From the IMG/VR virus record IMGVR_UViG_3300034073_002120: 64,000 nt of DNA. One strand, 5' to 3'. The notes below the pieces were generated by a model. The model was not told where the DNA came from. It worked only from the letters and a program-made list of their open reading frames with translations, and ran no database searches. The translations under genes and the position numbers were made by a program. The stretch comes from a virus. Taxonomy: Duplodnaviria; Caudoviricetes. Shown piece after piece: positions 27,101-36,281 of the stretch (within the stretch, counting starts at the first letter, position 1; each line of letters starts with the position of its first letter).

Positions 27101-29283
27101 GATACACCAGTTCCACCATCCGTACTTAATAATGTTAAAGGTGGTGCACCTGCCGTTGAATTCACTGTTATTGCAGTAATTGCAGATGCTAAATTTTTTC
27201 TTTTTGCATCAAATAATATTTTTTGTCCAGCTGGGTTTAGTGATAAATCCGTTGCTTTATAAATGAATTGATTTGCGTTAGATGTTACAAAAAGACCGGG
27301 TGCGTTATCACCATCTTCAAATCTATATATCGTTTCGTATTCTTCGATTGCTTCACATGATGCAGTGTATGTTATTGAACCTACTATTATTGAACTACTT
27401 AATTCTCCTTTAAAATTATCTATTACTAATGTTGCACCACCATCACCAAATGAAGAAAATCCACCAGGATATGTTCCACCATAAGAACCCGGTGAAATGT
27501 AATTACCACTTGTATCAAATGCAGATGAATAATAAGTTACACTACCTGTTAAATTTTGTTTTGTTACTTTGAATCCAATTTGTTGAGTTTGTGGATTAGC
27601 AAATGAGCCAGTAGAAAATCTAAAAGCAGTTCTATCAGATTCGAATGTTAGTAACTTTGTTGATGTTGGAAAATTATTACCGCCTGTAAATTGTTTTGAA
27701 GCAAATACATCTACTGGTATGTAGTTGTTATTTATATCATAAAATTCAAAACGGAAATCAAAAGTTTCTGATGCCACATTTTTAGAAACATCTTGTACTA
27801 TTGTAAATTCATCAGGTGAAAATGATGTTTCTTGTGCATTTTTCAAACTCACATTTGATATGTACCAACCACTACCATTAAACTCAAATACCAATTTGGC
27901 ATTTTCAGAACTACTGATAGGGGATGCAATTATATTTTGTGTAATATCTTGTTTTGTTTGATATATTGCAGAACCTGATAATGTTGTAAATTCTTGTGTA
28001 TAATTTGATGAACTTAAATACGCACGAAGTGTTTTTGAACTATCTACCGAACCACTATAAAGTGTTTTGAAACTAAGTGTATATTCCACATCTTTTGATA
28101 TGGAAATAGATTCGGTTGTATATAATGTTTGAACCCCAACTTGTCCATTTGTAGGTTTTACCGATGCGTATAATTTATCTAAGTTTATTGTTGGTTGTAA
28201 ATTAGCAGAACCAGTCCAATATGTATTTAAATTTGTTTGAGTAAAATTACCAAATGAAATATCGGTTTGACCTGTTGCTGTTAAATCTCTTAATAATTCA
28301 GTAGATTCTAATTTAGATTCTTGTACTAAAACATAATCACCAACATCGTTACGAGATTTACGGAATACTTTTACTCTTGCAACATCACCAACAAATGTTT
28401 TAAGATTTGAAATGTTTATTTTTGCAAACGAACCATTTAGAGCAGATTCTTCGAATGTTTGACCATCTAAATATTCAAATGATGATGTGTAACTAGTTTG
28501 TGCAAAATTTGTTACAACATTATTGATTGTATATGGAGTATCAACTAAAATCTCATCAGTATTTAAAACCTCTAAAACTTTAGCAGAATATCCGATTTCA
28601 GGTAATTCAATTGTATTTTCATCAATCGATGATGTCCATCCTGCACCACTAACTCTTTTTAATTTATACAAAGTTCCTGCAGTCCATCTACTTAAATTTG
28701 TTCCAGCAATAGGAATTTCTGAAATACCCTCTACTGAACCACTTTGTGTTATGAATGGAGTTGTTACGTTATAGATTGGTTTTACAATCTCATCTATTGT
28801 AATTGTTGGTCTTCTATAAAATCTTACACGAGTTTCGTTTGTTATATTTTTGTTGATTTGGAATGTCTTTTCCCACTTTACATTATATGTACCTTTCCAT
28901 TCTACTGGAATATCACGAATAACCCCGCTAGCATCCTCATAAGTCTTCAATTCTCCTAAAATGGTAATCTTACCTATCCCAATAGGTGTGTCCTCATAAA
29001 CGTGGACAGAAATCAATTTAGATATACCCTCATAATATTCAGGCACACCATTACCCGGTTCATAGTAAATAGGATTACCATCTACATCTAAAATCTCAAT
29101 TTTTATTTCAGTTGTTTCTTTTAAATGCTCAGAACCCTCAATTAAGAATCCGTTTTTACCACCTGTAAAAGTTTCATTAAATTCCGTAATACGAAAATAA
29201 TCAGAATTAGGATTTTGGTCTATGATAAACGTTCCGTAATTCGATAAATTTTGTAGTGGTGAATATGATTTGATTATTGCCAT
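24151..29283 (-). CDS. long tail fibre/tail protein with C-terminal peptidase S74 chaperone
   Basis: 1710 aa, Gly/Ser/Thr-rich repeats, collagen-like GTD repeats, C-terminal SDKRLKDN...LNGYEFDWN...GVVAQEV...VRYEKLVPLLIES. Confidence 0.85.
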   Translation of the reverse strand: MAIIKSYSPLQNLSNYGTFIIDQNPNSDYFRITEFNETFTGGKNGFLIEGSEHLKETTEIKIEILDVDGNPIYYEPGNGVPEYYEGISKLISVHVYEDTPIGIGKITILGELKTYEDASGVIRDIPVEWKGTYNVKWEKTFQINKNITNETRVRFYRRPTITIDEIVKPIYNVTTPFITQSGSVEGISEIPIAGTNLSRWTAGTLYKLKRVSGAGWTSSIDENTIELPEIGYSAKVLEVLNTDEILVDTPYTINNVVTNFAQTSYTSSFEYLDGQTFEESALNGSFAKINISNLKTFVGDVARVKVFRKSRNDVGDYVLVQESKLESTELLRDLTATGQTDISFGNFTQTNLNTYWTGSANLQPTINLDKLYASVKPTNGQVGVQTLYTTESISISKDVEYTLSFKTLYSGSVDSSKTLRAYLSSSNYTQEFTTLSGSAIYQTKQDITQNIIASPISSSENAKLVFEFNGSGWYISNVSLKNAQETSFSPDEFTIVQDVSKNVASETFDFRFEFYDINNNYIPVDVFASKQFTGGNNFPTSTKLLTFESDRTAFRFSTGSFANPQTQQIGFKVTKQNLTGSVTYYSSAFDTSGNYISPGSYGGTYPGGFSSFGDGGATLVIDNFKGELSSSIIVGSITYTASCEAIEEYETIYRFEDGDNAPGLFVTSNANQFIYKATDLSLNPAGQKILFDAKRKNLASAITAITVNSTAGAPPLTLLSTDGGTGVSTYFLSGSTFSYGTGEVVYSFTASDNYGINYSDFIKITPVKILDGLSVTLTNENATLPAKSTGFVESGSFVLTSGSVSVKVGGEDITREEGLSTNNRFDIISATETNVVANDTTPDDATYGITSLTKDSGSLSLLVRYKDGAGDTTDVTKIVTYTKAKRPAPIVIALLSNDAQSITKSNTGTYGTPSTFTTSVNEGGSNYSYSTGGAINTYYVSAITGGSNSSGTITPTTPTTDAGTTVSLTITYVNSEGTSGTITKVHRVSVTIDGTNGTDGTDGTDGTDGTDGADGPGVVFRGPWSSTTTYYDTDDYPTRRDAVLYSGTYYATLPNATTNLNKQPDTQTAFWESLGTDSYFVAAEIAIFRESYVKETINVGTNTSGNANITIAGGTTSPYISIGQATKGYDQTGAWIGSDGTSGKLSLKSASNSLLWDGTNLSITGGGTFSGNLSAAGGTFAGKITAGGMSLGNDVNGTSDGIYIDSNDYWYSDGTFSLGNGNVTWNGSALSINGGGTFTGALSGASGTFTGALSGGTISIGSGDNIFKADPDGIYLGNASYAAAPFKVSPAGAVVASNVTVTGGSFQIGQNFSVDTAGNLFASGGNFVGTINATGGNIGGFTIGAGAMSANYLVLNSLEPSIKLNDASTNETRVTISNDASFTQPSISTPTLATTSIATSFVASTSNGPTQTNYIAASLSGYTGYGYTQVSNSSWSSVIGQTATLAYTLTPQSGYWYASAYASTTNVSLYGMSGTVTVSITLHTPSGNVTKTFNDSGGNNNGSTVNLTSNNSGTFNFVVESGTYYISVGISIATFSAAGSTTGYPYSMTQYLSIRTPNVSGMSLAISEEFTEINAGGIQVVSAANRKVLIPRDNTSTYQLFVSGAIGCDGNITAYVSSDKRLKDNLTLIENPIDKLTQLNGYEFDWNNNQTIFTGHDVGVVAQEVQAVFPEIVNTMNGGYLGVRYEKLVPLLIESVKQLKNEIDELKKDK
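26238..26307 (-). repeat. 9-bp periodic repeat encoding collagen-like (G-T-D)n
   Basis: DGTNGTDGTDGTDGTDGTDGADG. Confidence 0.85.
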
Positions 29284-29302
29284 TATATTTCTCCTATGCA
29301 GG

Positions 29303-29331
29303 TATAAATATAACTGTTTTTAATACTTATT
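29303..29331. promoter_or_regulatory. divergent pair of TAYTTAT motifs
   Basis: TATTTATA on minus (29303-29310) faces the tail fibre ATG; TACTTATT on plus (29324-29331) faces the plus-strand RHH ATG. Confidence 0.5.
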
Positions 29332-29356
29332 GTAAAATCCATAGAAATCCATAGAA

Positions 29357-29521
29357 ATGAATAAATACACTACAATACAAATAAAAAAAGAAACCCACGA
29401 ACTTCTACAACAATATTGTAAAGAACGTGGGTATAAATTAAGCGGATTGGTAGAATCTTTAATTATGCAAAGAATAACTCTTCCTAAAAATGTTTTGAAG
29501 GTTAAAACTTCACATGACTAA
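29357..29521 (+). CDS. ribbon-helix-helix (CopG/Arc-like) DNA-binding protein, 54 aa
   Basis: Manual translation: MNKYTTIQIKKETHELLQQYCKERGYKLSGLVESLIMQRITLPKNVLKVKTSHD; beta-strand, helix, G, helix pattern. Below the ORF-track cutoff. Confidence 0.7.
   Translation: MNKYTTIQIKKETHELLQQYCKERGYKLSGLVESLIMQRITLPKNVLKVKTSHD
29381..29432 (-). terminator. intrinsic terminator downstream of the sbcD-sbcC fusion
   Basis: Minus strand: ACCCACG...TACAA-TATTG-TTGTA...CGTGGGT followed by TTCTTTTTTTA. Confidence 0.6.
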
Positions 29522-32500
29522 ATCCTTCTACTTTTTTAATTTCGATTAAACCATCTACTACATCTCTCATAGAATCGATGTGTGATATAATCATGACAAA
29601 ATCAAATTGTGTCTTTAAGTAAGTGAATAACATAAATAACGATTGTAAATTCTCACTATCTAACGTTCCAAACCCTTCATCGATTACTAAGAAATTTGGA
29701 CGAGGTAAGTTACATACGTTGATTAAAGCAACTCTAATTGCAAGTCCTGATATAAATCTCTCCATACCACTACACATCTCCAAAGACCACTTATTATCAC
29801 CATAAACAAGGTAAGCATTGATGTTTTTACCATCCATCTCTAATTGCATTCCGAACTCAACAATTTGTGCAAGGATGTTATTTACCTCACCTTCAATCAT
29901 AGGTAATGCTTTTTCAATCAATTCATAAGAAACACCATCTTTACTCAAAGAGTTCAAATAATACTCATATAATTTAGATTGTTCTTCTAATTCTTTAATC
30001 TCACTAATCTTTGCCTCAAGGGTTTCTTTTTGTGATTTAAGAGACGAAACCTTACCATTTAAATCTAAAAGTTTTTTATTTGTCTTTGTAAAGTTTTTCT
30101 TAACCTCTTCTAATAAATCACGCTTACCTTTGATTTCTTCTCTAATTTCACCATTCTTTTTGATTTGTTCTTCATTTTGATGATACTCCTCAATAAGTTT
30201 AATTTGGTCTGCAATTTGTGTTTGAATACGAACTTCTTCGGTTTCTGATGCTGAAAGTTTGTTTATTAGAGTTGAAATTTCTCTATCAACTTTACCCTCT
30301 TTTTCTTTAGTTTGAACCAAATTATTCCAATCAGTTTCGTATGGAGTCAATTCGTTAATTTTGATTTCAGTAATATCATGTGTATGTGTTACTTGACTAA
30401 TCTCTTCAAAAAGGTTTGCTAAACTCTCTTCAACATCTTTTTTAGATTCTAAAATACTTTTAGAGTTTTCCATACAAATATCACAATTTTCGTTATATTT
30501 GTGAGAATCTAAATGTTCTTTTTTATCTTTTAATGAATCTAATTTTATATCTAATTTTTCTAATTCATGAGTTGCAGTGTTAAAATCTCTTCTAGCAAAC
30601 TTCAATACTTCAATCTTATCTTCTAAATCTTCTTCATCAAATCCATCAATAATTTCCTCTAATTGTAGTTGTAATTCTTCCAATTTAGAAATTCTTTCTT
30701 GTATTGCAATTTTTGTATTTAAGATTTCAGTTTCCTTATCGGTAAGAATTTTTTTACGTTTTTCTAATTCATCAATACCAACTAAATCAGAATTTAATTT
30801 TACAATCTTTCCATTTAATCGTATCAAATCTTTATTTAGTCCATCTTCATCATCCTTAATACCACCCAATTCAATCTCAACTAATTTGTATTCAGATTTG
30901 TTTTCTTTCAAATCGGTTTCAATTTGAGCAAGTTTAGAAGTAAAATCATCCGATTTAAATTTCTTAATTAGAGTTGCATTTTCTCTATTCTCATCTGATG
31001 CTAATTGGTATAATTTATCAAAAATATCCACACCGATGAATTGTGATAAAATCTCTTTACGTTCTGATTGTGATTTATCGATGAAGAGTGCGTTATTACC
31101 TTGTAAGGATAATGATGTTAAAACAAAATCTTCAAACTTACCTAAATACTTTTCAATATTTTTGTTAGTATCTCTACGTTGTTCTCCATTTAAAGATGTA
31201 ATTACACCGGCATCTTCTTTCCAAAAGTTTACGTTTACCGAAAGGTTAGTTCCCTTTCTAGTCCACTTCGCACTTCTTTCAATAAAATAATCAACTCCAT
31301 CAATCTCAAAATTAAACTTACAATAAAAGTTGTCTTTTTGATTATTTAGAATGTTTTTTGATGAAGATGTACGAGATGTTTTATCAAAGATACAGAATGA
31401 TAGAGCATCAAACAACGATGATTTACCACTTGCGTTTGGTGCAAAAATACCAATCACACCTCTTGCATCTTCGAACCTAACTTTATTACCCTCACCATAA
31501 GAAAACATATTACTGAACTCCAATGTCTTAGGAGTCCAAAGAATATTCTCAGCTAAAGTAGAATCATCAATTCTTGAGTTTACCTCTTTATTTATATCTG
31601 AAATCTTATCTAAATCAGAATCTTCTAAAAGAAATTGTCTTTCTAAGTAATCTCTAATAAGTTGGTTTTGGAACGTTTCATCCTTTACATTACCAACGAT
31701 ATTTTTGTTTAGAGCAGAGTTACGTTTTAATTGACCAATCGTATCAGTTCTTGTAACTGTAACCTCAGCAACATTAAATAATTGTTTTAATTCAGTAATA
31801 CGAAGTTTCATATCAGATGCTTCGGTATTAGTAAATCGCAATCTTAAACGAGGATTTTTAGGTAATTTTGTTCCAACCTCATCATAGACCCATTGTGGTA
31901 TAACTCCACCAACTACATCGATTGTAAGGAAACCATAATCGTTATGTATGTGATGTTCGGTAAAAGTACGAGTAGGAACATCCCATATCAAATAACCATG
32001 ATTCTCCAACATTTCGCCATGATTTTGTTGAATCATAGAACCCGCATATGCAACGTGTTCGTAACCTGTACCGAATGTTTGACGTTTATGAATATCACCC
32101 ATCATAACCATATCAAATCCATCAAACATATCGACAGTAAATGAGTTTGAGGATACTACATATCCAATATCAGTTTGTGCTTTATTTACAGGGCCGTGGA
32201 AAAGACAGATTTTATTTTCTCCTTCAATATCCTTTGCCAAAGGCCAATTTTCTTTTTTATCCAATATAGAATAAACGACAAAAGTAAGATTGTGGTGGTT
32301 GTAAACACCAGTATCGCGAAGATAATGTACGCGAGGGTTATTAAGATTATCGACAATGGGCGTAAGAACATCTAATCTATGTGTGTTGTTTAGGTTACAA
32401 TCGTGGTTTCCCGTGATTAAAAAAGTTTCGCGTAACTTAGAACATTCTGTTAAAAACCAACTTATCTCCTGTATTAATTCGGGTGACATTTCAGTTTTAG

Positions 32501-32657
32501 CATGAGCAATATCTCCTGCTAAATAAATAATAGAATCTTCAATTTTATCATCTTCTACTTGTTTCAAAAACTTTTTGAATACCTCGCGATATTCTTTATG
32601 TCTTTGTAAGTTTCTAATGTGTAAATCTGCTAGGTGGTATATTTTGTTTATAACCAT
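29502..32657 (-). CDS. fused SbcD-SbcC (Mre11-Rad50; T4 gp47/gp46-like) recombination nuclease-ATPase
   Basis: Metallophosphoesterase motifs ADLH, GDIAH, GNHD, HG, GDIH; Walker A APNASGKSS; coiled coil; signature CSGMERF; Walker B VIDEGFGTLD; IISH. Confidence 0.9.
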   Translation of the reverse strand: MVINKIYHLADLHIRNLQRHKEYREVFKKFLKQVEDDKIEDSIIYLAGDIAHAKTEMSPELIQEISWFLTECSKLRETFLITGNHDCNLNNTHRLDVLTPIVDNLNNPRVHYLRDTGVYNHHNLTFVVYSILDKKENWPLAKDIEGENKICLFHGPVNKAQTDIGYVVSSNSFTVDMFDGFDMVMMGDIHKRQTFGTGYEHVAYAGSMIQQNHGEMLENHGYLIWDVPTRTFTEHHIHNDYGFLTIDVVGGVIPQWVYDEVGTKLPKNPRLRLRFTNTEASDMKLRITELKQLFNVAEVTVTRTDTIGQLKRNSALNKNIVGNVKDETFQNQLIRDYLERQFLLEDSDLDKISDINKEVNSRIDDSTLAENILWTPKTLEFSNMFSYGEGNKVRFEDARGVIGIFAPNASGKSSLFDALSFCIFDKTSRTSSSKNILNNQKDNFYCKFNFEIDGVDYFIERSAKWTRKGTNLSVNVNFWKEDAGVITSLNGEQRRDTNKNIEKYLGKFEDFVLTSLSLQGNNALFIDKSQSERKEILSQFIGVDIFDKLYQLASDENRENATLIKKFKSDDFTSKLAQIETDLKENKSEYKLVEIELGGIKDDEDGLNKDLIRLNGKIVKLNSDLVGIDELEKRKKILTDKETEILNTKIAIQERISKLEELQLQLEEIIDGFDEEDLEDKIEVLKFARRDFNTATHELEKLDIKLDSLKDKKEHLDSHKYNENCDICMENSKSILESKKDVEESLANLFEEISQVTHTHDITEIKINELTPYETDWNNLVQTKEKEGKVDREISTLINKLSASETEEVRIQTQIADQIKLIEEYHQNEEQIKKNGEIREEIKGKRDLLEEVKKNFTKTNKKLLDLNGKVSSLKSQKETLEAKISEIKELEEQSKLYEYYLNSLSKDGVSYELIEKALPMIEGEVNNILAQIVEFGMQLEMDGKNINAYLVYGDNKWSLEMCSGMERFISGLAIRVALINVCNLPRPNFLVIDEGFGTLDSENLQSLFMLFTYLKTQFDFVMIISHIDSMRDVVDGLIEIKKVEGFSHVKF

Positions 32658-32660
32658 ATT

Positions 32661-33800
32661 TTATATTAAATTATGTTTTGGTCTTTCGAAATATTTATAG
32701 TTTGTTGATTTGAAATCAAATTTTATAGTTTCTAACAAACCAAAATTTCTTTCTATTTTTGATTCGTTCTTTATGTAATAGTCATGAATTTCGGAATATG
32801 ACATTTTGTTTATAATATCTAAATTATTCATATATTGTTTTAGAATACTACCAACATCCATTTGAGGTGTTAAATCAAATAAATCATCTGCTAACCAAAA
32901 TCCTATTTTTTGTAAATACTGATTTATATAACTACTTCCCAATATTAACGGAATATTTCTAGATATAAATGGATTCCACGACTTTTCACTTAAATGAATT
33001 AAATCACCCGGTAATACCATAGTTTCCAATATACAACTAAAATATGAAGTCATAGTAATTGGTAGTGGTGGTATTTCAACATTTACTGAACCAATCATAC
33101 TACGTTCAATTGGAGTATCTAAAATGACCGGTAATTTTTGGTTTCTAAACTTTTGTAATTCTACACTAAGTTCTGAATCATCATATTGGGTACTAAATGC
33201 ACTATACCCTAACCAAGATTCGGAATCTAATCCAATTTTATAAACATATTTGAAAATTTTCAAACGTTCTTTTTTATCAACACCGATAATCATATTCATC
33301 TTTTTTTGACGAATATTAGTTTGAAAATTATGAACTACATATTTCAAATGTGGCCAATAATTTTGTAATGCTGCTCTATATCGATAATAGTTGCAATTGT
33401 GTTCATATTCATGTAAAAGTTCATATGGTCTTACAAAAAATTTATTTGAAAAAAATGTATATCGCTCAGTATCTTTATATTCTAATGCATTATCATCATC
33501 GAATAAAATGAATTTACAATCATCGTATTTTATTGATAATTGTATTAAAGTTTTTTCTAAATTACCATCATACTGATTAATATATCTAGCATCGAATATT
33601 ACAATATCACCATATTTTGGATTTATTGTTTTTAATTTATTTAAAAAATTATCAACATATGGTGGTTCACCAATCCATTTGTGTTGTATATCATCTATAT
33701 CATCAAATTGATGAAAAATATGAGGTTCTGTAATATTCAACAAATCATACCAAGCAGTATATGAACCCTTACCTATGTGATGGGGTATTATGTGAATCAT
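32661..33800 (-). CDS. putative glycosyltransferase, GT10-like paralog family (divergent copy 4)
   Basis: FSCILETMVL...HLSEKSWNPF...PLILGS...GF; same C-terminal pattern as copies 1-3. Confidence 0.45.
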   Translation of the reverse strand: MIHIIPHHIGKGSYTAWYDLLNITEPHIFHQFDDIDDIQHKWIGEPPYVDNFLNKLKTINPKYGDIVIFDARYINQYDGNLEKTLIQLSIKYDDCKFILFDDDNALEYKDTERYTFFSNKFFVRPYELLHEYEHNCNYYRYRAALQNYWPHLKYVVHNFQTNIRQKKMNMIIGVDKKERLKIFKYVYKIGLDSESWLGYSAFSTQYDDSELSVELQKFRNQKLPVILDTPIERSMIGSVNVEIPPLPITMTSYFSCILETMVLPGDLIHLSEKSWNPFISRNIPLILGSSYINQYLQKIGFWLADDLFDLTPQMDVGSILKQYMNNLDIINKMSYSEIHDYYIKNESKIERNFGLLETIKFDFKSTNYKYFERPKHNLI

Positions 33801-34732
33801 AATTGTTGTAATTTTTGGAACACAATATCACCATATTCCGTAGATTTAACATCTTTTAATATTTTATTTATTTGTTGAAATCCCATTTCGGATGCATCTT
33901 TTTCAGATGGAATTACATTTTTAGTATCAATTCCTTGTTTCTGAAAATAAATTGTATAATGTAATGCTTGGTCTTGTGCATCACTATCTAATACGATATT
34001 AATTTTCTTAACCCCTCTTTGATATATACTATCCATTAATTTTTTTGGAATAAATTTACCTAAGATTGGAATAGCGTTTCGTTTAATTGATAATGCATCA
34101 AATGCACCTTCACAGACTGTAATTGGTTCGTTCCAATTTATTTGGTTTTCAAACATAATTACATTCTTTGAAACTGGTGGGTTTTTATATTTGTAAGGTT
34201 CATCTTCATAAACCGAACGTGCAATAAAATAATTTAATTTATTATTTGAATCATACGATGGTATAATAACTCTTCCAGCATACAACCCACCTTTACAATA
34301 TCCCATATTATATCGAATAATATCACTTTCAGTAATACCTCTAACTTTTAGATAATGTTTTACTTTTTTGTAAAGAGGATTTAATCCTTTTGGAGTTTCG
34401 GTTAAAGATATAAATTCTGATGGTAATCGTAATTCAATCTCTACATCTTCATTATTTGCAACTACATAATCATCTCCATATATGTCTAATATACGTTTTA
34501 ATTTATGAGAATCTACTTGTAATTTTCGTAAAAGTGAGTATATACGTTTACCCTTAGAATCACAAACCCAACAGTGCCATTGTTGTGTATCTAAGTTTAC
34601 TTGAAGTTTTTTCTTATGATGATGACAAAAAGGACAATAGTGAGCTTGTTCATTACCTTTTAGTGATGAGCCATGTCCTAACGTATCATCTAAGATACTA
34701 ATAATTGTTAGTTTATCTGGTGTTGATAGCAT
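33797..34732 (-). CDS. DNA primase (zinc finger plus TOPRIM)
   Basis: CPFCHHHKKKL...WHCWVC zinc finger; RVIIP; CEGAFDA; LDSDA. Confidence 0.9.
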   Translation of the reverse strand: MLSTPDKLTIISILDDTLGHGSSLKGNEQAHYCPFCHHHKKKLQVNLDTQQWHCWVCDSKGKRIYSLLRKLQVDSHKLKRILDIYGDDYVVANNEDVEIELRLPSEFISLTETPKGLNPLYKKVKHYLKVRGITESDIIRYNMGYCKGGLYAGRVIIPSYDSNNKLNYFIARSVYEDEPYKYKNPPVSKNVIMFENQINWNEPITVCEGAFDALSIKRNAIPILGKFIPKKLMDSIYQRGVKKINIVLDSDAQDQALHYTIYFQKQGIDTKNVIPSEKDASEMGFQQINKILKDVKSTEYGDIVFQKLQQL

Positions 34733-34751
34733 TATACTACAATTTGATATA

Positions 34752-34783
34752 CAAATATACGAAATAAATCTGATATTTCCAAA
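34752..34783 (-). promoter_or_regulatory. Bacteroidota-type housekeeping promoter (TTTG-N20-TATATTTG)
   Basis: Minus strand tttg-gaaatatcagatttatttcg-tatatttg, just upstream of the primase ATG. Confidence 0.7.
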
Positions 34784-34814
34784 TTTATTTTTATCTATTT
34801 GCTATTATACTATC

Positions 34815-34846
34815 CAAAGATACGAAAAATTTATGAATTTTCCAAA
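34815..34846 (-). promoter_or_regulatory. Bacteroidota-type housekeeping promoter (TTTG-N20-TATCTTTG)
   Basis: Minus strand tttg-gaaaattcataaatttttcg-tatctttg, in tandem with the previous one. Confidence 0.7.
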
Positions 34847-35298
34847 TCTATTTCATCTAAATCTCTACGGAAAAATTTACCCAAAAGATTATCATTTAGG
34901 GCATTTTCATCTGCTAATACATTATGGGCAAATTGTTCTTGTAATTCATAATAAGTTAGGGATTTTTTGGATTTACAAAATCTTAGGATTTCTAACTTAA
35001 TTCTATCTCCACTCCATGCTTTTACGATTGCATTTGAAGATTGATATTTTTTCCAATCGGATTCCTTAGTAACCCATTCCCAATGCTTACTACGTTTATC
35101 GGTTAGGGCTGCGATTTCCTTTTTACCGAATTTTCTTTTTGTGATGGATAATACATTTTTCTTACCAATATAATATTGACCAGTTTCACCATTAGTTATT
35201 TTGTAAATAAAACCGATTGTATTTTCAGGCATATCTGAAAGTTCGGTTATAAATTGTCCTCTATATGTCCAACTCATAGTTAAAAAATTTGAAATCAT
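34831..35298 (-). CDS. GIY-YIG-like nuclease family protein
   Basis: IGFIYKITN...YYIGKK, YQSSN, EILRFC...Y.E; true start may be MSWTY at 35277. Confidence 0.6.
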   Translation of the reverse strand: MISNFLTMSWTYRGQFITELSDMPENTIGFIYKITNGETGQYYIGKKNVLSITKRKFGKKEIAALTDKRSKHWEWVTKESDWKKYQSSNAIVKAWSGDRIKLEILRFCKSKKSLTYYELQEQFAHNVLADENALNDNLLGKFFRRDLDEIDLENS

Positions 35299-35833
35299 TT
35301 TTATATCTTTCCAATACCCATTCCTTGCACCAAATATCTTTATATAAGATTTTATAATAATCTACATCATTTAAGTGCGGATGTCTATTAAATATTGGAT
35401 TACGATTTTCGTTAGGAAGTTCTTGTATTGGTATTTTAAGTGTATTGAGTATGTAATTTACATCGGTTATATAATTTTCATATTTACCAATATAATTTAC
35501 AATTCTACCCTCTTTACTATTATGATTTATAAAATAAGTTTGTGGGAAATACCAAACATCGATAGGTGAAATTGTTTCTAAAAAGTTTTTAAAATTTGTA
35601 GCGTTTCCACTTCTCACATTATGTTGATATGCGGATGCTATTCTTGTAAATGGATTTCTTACAAATGTAAAAATAAAATAATTCGAAACATTACCAAAAT
35701 TTCCCAAATCACCATGTGTTATAATCTCTTCACTATTATCTACATTTAAAAGTAGTTTAGTTAAAGAAGTTCCACCAGTTTTTGGAATATGTAAATAACC
35801 CCATTTTTTTGAATGGTTTATTATTAAAGACAA
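35261..35833 (-). CDS. sulfotransferase (Sulfotransfer_2-like)
   Basis: YLHIPKTGGTSL (5'-PSB loop), FTFVRNPFTRIASAY (3'-PB), YIGKYEN, YKNDFKFFNY; TTG start. Confidence 0.85.
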   Translation of the reverse strand: MSLIINHSKKWGYLHIPKTGGTSLTKLLLNVDNSEEIITHGDLGNFGNVSNYFIFTFVRNPFTRIASAYQHNVRSGNATNFKNFLETISPIDVWYFPQTYFINHNSKEGRIVNYIGKYENYITDVNYILNTLKIPIQELPNENRNPIFNRHPHLNDVDYYKILYKDIWCKEWVLERYKNDFKFFNYELDI

Positions 35834-35839
35834 AACTTA

Positions 35840-36022
35840 TTATTTTTTGATAGTAGACGAATATGCTTTTTCTTGTAATTTACCACCTCTTGCATTATTT
35901 AATTTTGCATCATCGGTGTGTAATTTATTTTTCTCATCTGCAGAAATTGGTGTTTTATCTTTTGAAGATGAACCCACTTTAGCAAATTCTGAACCTTTGT
36001 ATAAATCTAAGATTGTTGCCAT
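35840..36022 (-). CDS. hypothetical protein (60 aa)
   Basis: AAGGAG 7 nt before ATG; fills the gap. Confidence 0.7.
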   Translation of the reverse strand: MATILDLYKGSEFAKVGSSSKDKTPISADEKNKLHTDDAKLNNARGGKLQEKAYSSTIKK

Positions 36023-36033
36023 GTTATATCTCC

Positions 36034-36246
36034 TTATGCTTCTTCTACTACACGTTTGAAAAATCTAAGACTATCAGTATTTTCAAATTTCTCTTTTAAT
36101 TCCGCTAAGATTTCAGCATCTAATGGATAATAGAAATATGTAACTTCTACATCGTTTGAATTATTTTCAATAAGTTCTAACGCTGCTTCTTCTGTAATAT
36201 TTTCAGTTATTACATTTTCATTTGCATCAATAATGTTGTATGCCAT
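36034..36246 (-). CDS. acidic hypothetical protein (70 aa)
   Basis: AGGAG leader; TATTTATA at 36271-36278 upstream. Confidence 0.7.
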   Translation of the reverse strand: MAYNIIDANENVITENITEEAALELIENNSNDVEVTYFYYPLDAEILAELKEKFENTDSLRFFKRVVEEA

Positions 36247-36281
36247 AGTTTCTCCTGTATTATTGTTTTATATAAATATCA

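Noticed and set aside
34831-35298. Mobile homing endonuclease element
   Set aside because: Only a short GIY-YIG-like domain with no DNA-binding tail or intron context; treated as a resident gene.
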